A stretch of DNA of 22,271 bases from the NCBI GenBank assembly GCA_020348985.1, contig CP070761.1, forward strand, positions 1,437,275 to 1,459,545, in the 5' to 3' direction. This document shows positions 16,140 through 22,271 of this stretch, piece after piece. The position numbers and the translations under genes were made by a program. Each line of letters begins with the position of its first letter. Within the stretch, counting starts at the first letter, position 1. Source of the stretch: Candidatus Thorarchaeota archaeon (lineage in GTDB: Archaea; Asgardarchaeota; Thorarchaeia; Thorarchaeales; Thorarchaeaceae). The notes beneath the pieces were generated by a model. It did not search any database and had not been told where the DNA came from. It saw nothing but the letters and a program-made list of their open reading frames with translations.

Positions 16140-19100
16140 GTGTACGAGCTCTTCGAACCTTCTCAGAGAGTATTCGTTGGCAGAGAGGAGTATCTGGATT
16201 GGATGGACGACGCGCTAGAACGTTGTAAGGAAAAGAGTGTCGTGCTTCACCTCCGTGGAATTGGGGGAATTGGGAAGAGCTCTTTGCTTGACCACTGGAC
16301 TTCGACGATTGAATCCACGATTCGTCTCGATTGTGAGCAGTACACAGATTTCTTTGACCGCTTGAACGTTCTTGCCAAGGGTGCGGTCGTACTCGGGGCA
16401 AGGCTCCCCAGATTTGATATTCTCTGGCAGATCCGTCAGAGGTTTGTTGAAGGTGTGGAGCCAGTAAAAGAGTCAGGCCGTGAATGGGCAAAGGATGTCG
16501 TGATGGCGATTCCATTCATTGGTTCAATGGCGGCGATTGGTAGTGCCATAGGTGCAGTGGGCGCAAAGGTGGCCCCAAAACTGAAGGGCAAATATGGTGA
16601 TCTCGGTGGATGGCTGCAGACACGGCTTGGGAAGAACTACTTGGAGAAGCTCCTAGAGATTCTTTGGAAAGAGCCCAGATGGGCTGAGTTTCTATACCTA
16701 GATGCTCTTCTCGAAGATCTCAATGGTAGGAAAAACATGGATGACCCGATGCTCATCCTCTTAGACCAATTCGAAAATGTTGATGATGATGCACTTCGTT
16801 GGCGTTACAGCGGAAGAGAGATTTCGGAAGCTCAGCTCTGGCGTGTTTTCCTATCTTCTCTATCCAACAGTGTTGGTGTCATGGCTAGCAGGAGATCCGT
16901 GCCAACGCAAAATGAGATTGAGATCGAAGAATCTGAACTTGCCGAGCTCGACAAAGAGAGCTGCGTTCAACTTCTCAACATGAAGGAGATTACTAATCCA
17001 GAAATCCAGAACAAAATTGCTAGTGTAAGCGGCGGGAACCCGTTTGTAATAGGAACCCTTTGTGACGCCGCAAAATCCGAGAGTATTATGATTGACACCG
17101 TTGAAGATCTTCGCAGCGACACTCTCGAAGAAGTCCGCCTCAAGACATGGAGAAGACTATTCAGTGAAACGCAGGATTTGACTCCACTTGTTGACAGGGC
17201 AGGATTGTTGCCATTCTTCAATAGAAGAATCATGACGATAATTGCACCAGAGATGAAGACGGACCAATGGGATCGCCTCACTAGTCTCAGTTTCGTGAGA
17301 GACCAAGGTGACGGCACATGGGTGCTTCATGATTTGGCTGAGGAACTTGTCATTGCGGAGCTTGGTGAGCGTCTTGGTGTTCTTTCATCGGAAATGACAA
17401 CGTTACTGGAAGTAGCATCAGAGAAGGAGTCCGACTTCGGTCTATATGGCTTGTCACTAACAGTCAAAGCTCTCGCGAATCCAGATTTGGCAACCTACGA
17501 TCTGGCAATGAAGCTGATTGAGTACGGCAACAGACCAGTGTATCAGGAGCTTCTCAGGATGCTGGACTTTGTCAGAATCGATTCTGATGCTGGACGGTTG
17601 GAGAAGGCGACGATCAAGGGATGGATTCTCAATCAATTGATGAGGTACGCCGAAGCTGAACAAGCTCTTGTTGAAGCAATGGAGCTCTCCAGAGAGCTGG
17701 CAAAGAAGGATGAGAGTTTCCTCAGATACTTGGCTCGAACACAGCATATTCTTGGGATTGTATACTTGACCACGAATAGGATGACTGAGGCGGAAAAGGC
17801 GTACAACGAAGCAGTTGAGATCTTTCGACTAATCTGGCAAAATGTACAGGCAAGAGGTGAGAAGCTGGACCATCCAACACTTCTCTACTACTTGAATTCG
17901 CTGCGATATCTTGGCTTTTTCCTCACAAACAGGATCAGATATGATGAAGCCGAACCAATCCTCGAGGAAGCCGTCAGGATAGCGGGTATGTTCCCAAAAT
18001 CTGGGGACCACTTCACGAGATCTGAGACAATGGGCGATTCGCTTTCATCTCTATCCCTCGTTCAGCTTGAAAAGGGGATGGCTTCTGAGGCTGAAGCCTC
18101 CATCCGAGCGGCTATTGACGGGATTCCGAATCCTGATATGGCTGACCCATACTCCCTGTCACTTGTTTATAGCCGCCTGGCTCATATTCTTCTTCTCACA
18201 AATCGACAGGACGAAGCGGAAGAGAACACAAAGAAAGCTCTGGCGATAGTTCAAGACATGTACGAAAGGGAGCCTGAAGGCTTTGCTTGGTCAAATCTTG
18301 CAGGTCAGCTTACTAGACTCAGTGTCATTCAATCGAGGAAGAGGGAGTATGCGGAGTCCGAAGAATCGGTCAGAAAGGCTGTCGAGATTGCGAGGAAGCA
18401 TGCCAAAGATGACATACTTGACGCAGTCGCTTTCACACTTCATGAGCTTGCATATCTGCTTCTGCGGACCGGCAGACTACAGGAAGCAGAGACCTCATTC
18501 CTTGAGACCATAGAGATATTCAGACGGTTTGCAGATATATCACCAAATGTGTACATACCCGACCTGACGAGGGCTCTCAAGGGTTGGGGCGTTCTGCTCA
18601 GACACACCGACAGGTCATCGGAAGCCGAAGTGGCTTGTTATGAAGCCCTAGAGAAAGCAAGAGAAATCTCAAACAAGTTCCCATACGCTGTGTTCCGGAC
18701 TGAGGCAGTTGCGAACATTCTCAACAATCTAGGAGTGCTGCTTAGGCAGAAGGGTGATTTGACCGCGGCGGAGAGTGCCTACAGAGAAGCACTTGACCTG
18801 AAGCGGGAGCTTTCAGAAAGATCACTAGAGCTCTTCTTTGGTTCAGACACAACAGTGCTCAACAACCTAGCTGTCCTGCTTGCCGGGACTGATGAAGACG
18901 AAAGCGAGGCATTGCTGAAAGAAGCCCTCATCCTACGAAGGAAGTTGGTCGAGCGTACACCGGGACTCTATGAAGAAAGCCTCGCCTCAACGTTAAACAA
19001 CGTCGGCATCCTTCAGAAGCAGAAAGGGATGATGAGCGAAGCAAAGGAAGCCTACCGGGAAGCTGAAACGATTCTTGAGGAGTTGATGCTGGAGGCGCCG

Positions 19101-19256
19101 TCTGTCTACGAACGTGACTTGAGACGCATTCTTGCAAATTCTCGTATCCTACTTTCAGAATCGGGAGAAAGTACTGAGGAAGTAGAAGCTCGGCTTGGTA
19201 GACTGGGAGTCAAACAGATGCCAAGAAAAGAGGAGTGGTCTGAAGAAGAGTTATAG
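16140..19256 (+). CDS. STAND-class P-loop NTPase with C-terminal TPR repeats (NLR-like), paralogue 2
   Basis: 1038 aa, GTG start. Motifs FVGRE, GIGGIGKS, LILLDQFE, VMASR, SGGNPF, VLHDLAEE. TPR motifs ILNNLGVLL, VLNNLAVLL, TLNNVGIL. 38 of the first 50 residues are identical to paralogue 1. Confidence 0.92.
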   Translation: MYELFEPSQRVFVGREEYLDWMDDALERCKEKSVVLHLRGIGGIGKSSLLDHWTSTIESTIRLDCEQYTDFFDRLNVLAKGAVVLGARLPRFDILWQIRQRFVEGVEPVKESGREWAKDVVMAIPFIGSMAAIGSAIGAVGAKVAPKLKGKYGDLGGWLQTRLGKNYLEKLLEILWKEPRWAEFLYLDALLEDLNGRKNMDDPMLILLDQFENVDDDALRWRYSGREISEAQLWRVFLSSLSNSVGVMASRRSVPTQNEIEIEESELAELDKESCVQLLNMKEITNPEIQNKIASVSGGNPFVIGTLCDAAKSESIMIDTVEDLRSDTLEEVRLKTWRRLFSETQDLTPLVDRAGLLPFFNRRIMTIIAPEMKTDQWDRLTSLSFVRDQGDGTWVLHDLAEELVIAELGERLGVLSSEMTTLLEVASEKESDFGLYGLSLTVKALANPDLATYDLAMKLIEYGNRPVYQELLRMLDFVRIDSDAGRLEKATIKGWILNQLMRYAEAEQALVEAMELSRELAKKDESFLRYLARTQHILGIVYLTTNRMTEAEKAYNEAVEIFRLIWQNVQARGEKLDHPTLLYYLNSLRYLGFFLTNRIRYDEAEPILEEAVRIAGMFPKSGDHFTRSETMGDSLSSLSLVQLEKGMASEAEASIRAAIDGIPNPDMADPYSLSLVYSRLAHILLLTNRQDEAEENTKKALAIVQDMYEREPEGFAWSNLAGQLTRLSVIQSRKREYAESEESVRKAVEIARKHAKDDILDAVAFTLHELAYLLLRTGRLQEAETSFLETIEIFRRFADISPNVYIPDLTRALKGWGVLLRHTDRSSEAEVACYEALEKAREISNKFPYAVFRTEAVANILNNLGVLLRQKGDLTAAESAYREALDLKRELSERSLELFFGSDTTVLNNLAVLLAGTDEDESEALLKEALILRRKLVERTPGLYEESLASTLNNVGILQKQKGMMSEAKEAYREAETILEELMLEAPSVYERDLRRILANSRILLSESGESTEEVEARLGRLGVKQMPRKEEWSEEEL

Positions 19257-19278
19257 ATTCTCGAATACTGGTCCTCGC

Positions 19279-19329
19279 ACCGACGAGCTTATGTGATGGA
19301 GTGGCCAATGCATGCTCTGCGTGAAACGG
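19279..19329 (+). promoter_or_regulatory. Putative promoter of STAND-TPR gene 3
   Basis: ACCGACGAGCTTATGTGA (19279-19296), 22-nt spacer, then GCGTGAAACGG (19319-19329, starting 21 nt before GTG19340). Confidence 0.7.
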
Positions 19330-19339
19330 GGTCTGGAGT

Positions 19340-22271
19340 GTGTACGAGCGCTTCGAGCCATCTGAACGAATCTTCGTTAACAGAGAAGAGTATCTCGAAT
19401 GGATGGACGAGGCACTCGAGCGCTGTAAGGACTCTAGCGTCGTGCTACATCTGCGAGGCATTGGAGGGATTGGAAAGAGCTCGCTGTTAGACTATTGGAC
19501 AAGCACTATTGAATCGACCATTCGATTGGACTGTGAGCAGTACAGTGAATTCTACTCACGTCTTAACATTTTAGCAAAGGGTGCAGTCCTTCTTGGGGTG
19601 AATTTGCGCCGATTTGACGTTCTATGGCAAATACGTCAGCGCTTCGTAGAGGGCGTTGAGCCAGTCAAGGAAACGGGGCGAGAATGGGCGAAGGAAGTGG
19701 TTATGGCGATACCGTTCATAGGTACTCTAGCAAGCATAGGAAGTGCGATTGGTGCCGTCGGTGAGAAAGTAGCCCCGAAGCTAAAGAGCAAGTATGGCGA
19801 CTTGGGGAATTGGCTTCAAACGAATCTCGGTCAGGATTATATCAAGAGACTGCTTGAGATATTGTGGAAGGAGCCAAGGCGTGCTGAGTTCTTGTATCTG
19901 TCCGCATTTCTGGAGGACCTGAATAATCGAAAGAAGATAGACGCTCCAATTCTATTTCTTTTTGACCACTTCGAGAATGTCGATGATGAGAAGACTCCAT
20001 GGCGCTACAGTGGTAGACAGATCACTGAGACCGAGCTCTGGCGTGTCTTCTTGACGTCATTGACGAATTGTGTTGGCGTCATGGCGAGTAGAAAAACATC
20101 TCCGGAAGAAGCCGAGACGCAGGTCGAGGCGTTCGAGCTAACTGAACTCGAGAGAGAAAGTTGTGTTGAGCTCCTGCAATTGAGGGGAATAGCTGATGCT
20201 GAGCTTCAAGACCGGATTGTGAGTGTGAGTGGCGGGAACCCCTTTGTCATCGGCGCGCTGTGTGACATGCACGAGACAAGTCCACTATCGCTCAGCGAAG
20301 TTGAAGATATGCGTGCTGATACGCTCGACGCCGTACGTCTCAAGACTTGGAGACGTCTTTTCAGCCGGTCACATGACCTACTCGGGCTGGTAGAACATGC
20401 AGGACTCGTTCCGTTCTTTGACAAGAGGATAATGGAGATAATCTCACCGGCCTTGAGGTCAGATCATTGGGACCGACTGGTTGCCTTAAGCTTCGTGAGA
20501 CGGAGAGAAGATGGAACGTGGGTTTTACATGAGCTGGCAAGAGACTTGATAGTTGCTGAGCTGGGGCATAGGCTCAGTGACCTAACAAGTGAAGTGGCGG
20601 AGCGCTTGGAGAGGGCATCAAGCTATGAATCTGATTACGTCCTTCTTGGCCTCGCATACTCTGCTCGTGGCTTGGCGTCTCCCAACTCGACAGTTGATGA
20701 CGTTGTCGCATTCAGCAGCAATCTTAGTTGGGGTGGTGAACCCACAAATGCTCTCACTTTCCTAAACTCTGTTGAAATTGACACCGAGGATGCGAAACTG
20801 GCAATCCAGGCACAGAAGGGATGGTTCCTTTCTTTCTTGAATAGGATTGCTGAAGCTGAACAAATATTGAAAGAATCAATTGAAGTTATACGAGAATCCG
20901 ACAGCATGGACTCATTCGTGAGTCAGCTTCGTCTCGCACACCTACTCTCGAATTACGGTGTTTTGATGCATCGAATTGACAGACCGACAGAGGCAGACGC
21001 TTCATTCACGGAATCCCTTGAAATATGCAGGAAATATCTACCGGCATCTGGACGTTTCTATTGGGGTGTGATCTTTTGGTACGGTGCCTTCTTGGCCATG
21101 ACTCAGAGGCTGACAGAATCTGAAGAATTGTATCAAGAAGGGCTCGCCTTTGTAGAGAGTCAGATCAAACTCGGGAACAAAGACTTTCGCGCGAGGGATG
21201 CATCATCTATCAGAATGCGCTTGAGCAGCGTCCTTCAACGCAGAGGAAAGACGCTGGAAGCCGAAACCGCACTTAGAGAGGCAATTGAATTCTGGGATAA
21301 TGAATGGTTCATCAAAGGGAGTAGCATGCAATCACTCTCTAGGCTTCTTTCAAGGACAAACAGACCTGACGAAGGCGGGGCTCTGATAGGAGAAACGATT
21401 GAGTTCTTAGAGGGACTCGCCAAGACAAATGAGATCTCTCTGCCTGAAACCGGCAATGCAAAGAGAATCGGAGCAATCCTGCAGATCCGAATTGGGAACT
21501 ATATCAAAGCGGAGGAAATGTGTCGAGAAGCATTGGACACAGTCAAGGAAGTAGATAGTAAATTGCAGACAGATATCTGGGAACCGTTCATTGCCTACCT
21601 ACTAGCAATTCTAGCAGTAATATCAATGGCAAACAGAAGGTTTTCAGAAGCCGAAGACTCGAATCAGCAAGCAATAGAGATACTCAGGAAGTTCTCAGAC
21701 AGGTCGCCTGACGAGTATCAGTCCAAGTTAGCAGTGCTTCTCAACAACCATGGCGTAATTTTGCGACATAGCAAGCAGGAAGAGGGAGCGTTCGAGGCAT
21801 ACCGAGAAGCCCTGACAATAGGGAGGAATGTTGCTGATAAGTTTCAGGAGACTGTTTTCCACCATGACGTAGTCAGCATGATACTGAATAACCAGTCAGT
21901 ACTTTTCATGCATGATTCGAGGCACGCAGAGGCTGAAAAAGGGTTTCTCGAATCTCTGGAGATCAGAACTAGGCTTGCCGAGATATCTCCTGAACTATTC
22001 TTGAGCCGAGTAGCTACCGGGATGAGCAACCTCGCCATTGTTCATGCAGAAACTGAGAGAGACGAAGAGGCCAAGAAGACACTGCTTGAGGCACTGAAGA
22101 TTCGTGAGAGTCTCGTCGAACTCGCACCTGAAATCCACCGACCAAGCCTAGTCTCCAATCTGAACAACTTAGGTGTGCTGTTGAGCCATCTCGGGAACAG
22201 TGTTGAGGCTGAAGAGCGGTTTCGCGAAGCTATCGAGATTGGAGAAGAGCTTGTCAAGAAATCAGGCGTAG
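19340..22271 (+). CDS. STAND-class P-loop NTPase with C-terminal TPR repeats (NLR-like), paralogue 3; truncated by the window edge and absent from the ORF track
   Basis: Manual translation from GTG19340 gives MYERFEPSERIFVNREEYLEWMDEALERCKDSSVVLHLRGIGGIGKSSLL... and stays open for 977 codons to the window end. Motifs LFLFDHFE, VMASR, SGGNPF, VLHELARD, and TPR motifs LLNNHGVIL, NLNNLGVLL. It shares 43/50 and 42/50 N-terminal identities with paralogues 1 and 2. Confidence 0.92.
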   Translation, partial: MYERFEPSERIFVNREEYLEWMDEALERCKDSSVVLHLRGIGGIGKSSLLDYWTSTIESTIRLDCEQYSEFYSRLNILAKGAVLLGVNLRRFDVLWQIRQRFVEGVEPVKETGREWAKEVVMAIPFIGTLASIGSAIGAVGEKVAPKLKSKYGDLGNWLQTNLGQDYIKRLLEILWKEPRRAEFLYLSAFLEDLNNRKKIDAPILFLFDHFENVDDEKTPWRYSGRQITETELWRVFLTSLTNCVGVMASRKTSPEEAETQVEAFELTELERESCVELLQLRGIADAELQDRIVSVSGGNPFVIGALCDMHETSPLSLSEVEDMRADTLDAVRLKTWRRLFSRSHDLLGLVEHAGLVPFFDKRIMEIISPALRSDHWDRLVALSFVRRREDGTWVLHELARDLIVAELGHRLSDLTSEVAERLERASSYESDYVLLGLAYSARGLASPNSTVDDVVAFSSNLSWGGEPTNALTFLNSVEIDTEDAKLAIQAQKGWFLSFLNRIAEAEQILKESIEVIRESDSMDSFVSQLRLAHLLSNYGVLMHRIDRPTEADASFTESLEICRKYLPASGRFYWGVIFWYGAFLAMTQRLTESEELYQEGLAFVESQIKLGNKDFRARDASSIRMRLSSVLQRRGKTLEAETALREAIEFWDNEWFIKGSSMQSLSRLLSRTNRPDEGGALIGETIEFLEGLAKTNEISLPETGNAKRIGAILQIRIGNYIKAEEMCREALDTVKEVDSKLQTDIWEPFIAYLLAILAVISMANRRFSEAEDSNQQAIEILRKFSDRSPDEYQSKLAVLLNNHGVILRHSKQEEGAFEAYREALTIGRNVADKFQETVFHHDVVSMILNNQSVLFMHDSRHAEAEKGFLESLEIRTRLAEISPELFLSRVATGMSNLAIVHAETERDEEAKKTLLEALKIRESLVELAPEIHRPSLVSNLNNLGVLLSHLGNSVEAEERFREAIEIGEELVKKSGV

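Noticed and set aside
12709-19329. Repeated intergenic motif considered as a CRISPR repeat, att site or IS end
   Set aside because: Copies are short, degenerate, kilobases apart and at fixed distance from start codons. No cas, integrase or transposase gene is present in the window.
19293-19490. 65-aa + strand ORF in the track
   Set aside because: It is out of frame with, and overlaps, the real paralogue 3 start at 19340 and its promoter motif.
12270-22257. Short ORFs overlapping the DinB-like and STAND genes (e.g. 12735-13061, 16090-16515, 20635-20907)
   Set aside because: These are shadow ORFs. Any similarity among them follows from paralogy of the sense-strand genes.
14250-22271. Diversity-generating retroelement as the cause of TPR variability
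   Set aside because: No reverse transcriptase and no near-identical template/variable repeat pair differing at adenines was seen. The divergence looks old and general.

Overview
All real genes are on the + strand. The window holds five things. (1) The last 23 codons plus stop of an upstream gene, overlapping the next start (ATGA). (2) A 3994-aa giant single-pass surface protein with a signal peptide, beta-rich head domains including DUF2341-like and LamG-like modules, roughly 20+ Ig-like repeats rich in N-x-S/T sequons, one TM helix, and a ~410-aa acidic cytoplasmic tail ending in four 'EDRL..E...L...G.P..EI.....QA' repeats. The upstream gene ends in the same repeat. (3) A DinB-superfamily protein. 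(4) A perfect 20-bp palindrome. (5) A tandem array of at least three paralogous STAND NTPase-TPR (NLR-like) genes; the third (19340 to the window edge) is missing from the supplied ORF track. The three share a highly conserved NTPase with no N-terminal effector domain, a conserved hydrophobic Gly-rich insert between Walker A and Walker B, strongly diverged TPR regions, non-ATG starts, and a bipartite upstream motif at fixed spacing. The giant-protein architecture suggests an archaeon, most likely Asgard (Thorarchaeota-like); this comes from recalled architectures, not a search. The best candidate for an undescribed system is the co-regulated, sensor-diversified, effector-less NLR-like array, next to a family of giant surface proteins with a shared cytoplasmic repeat.
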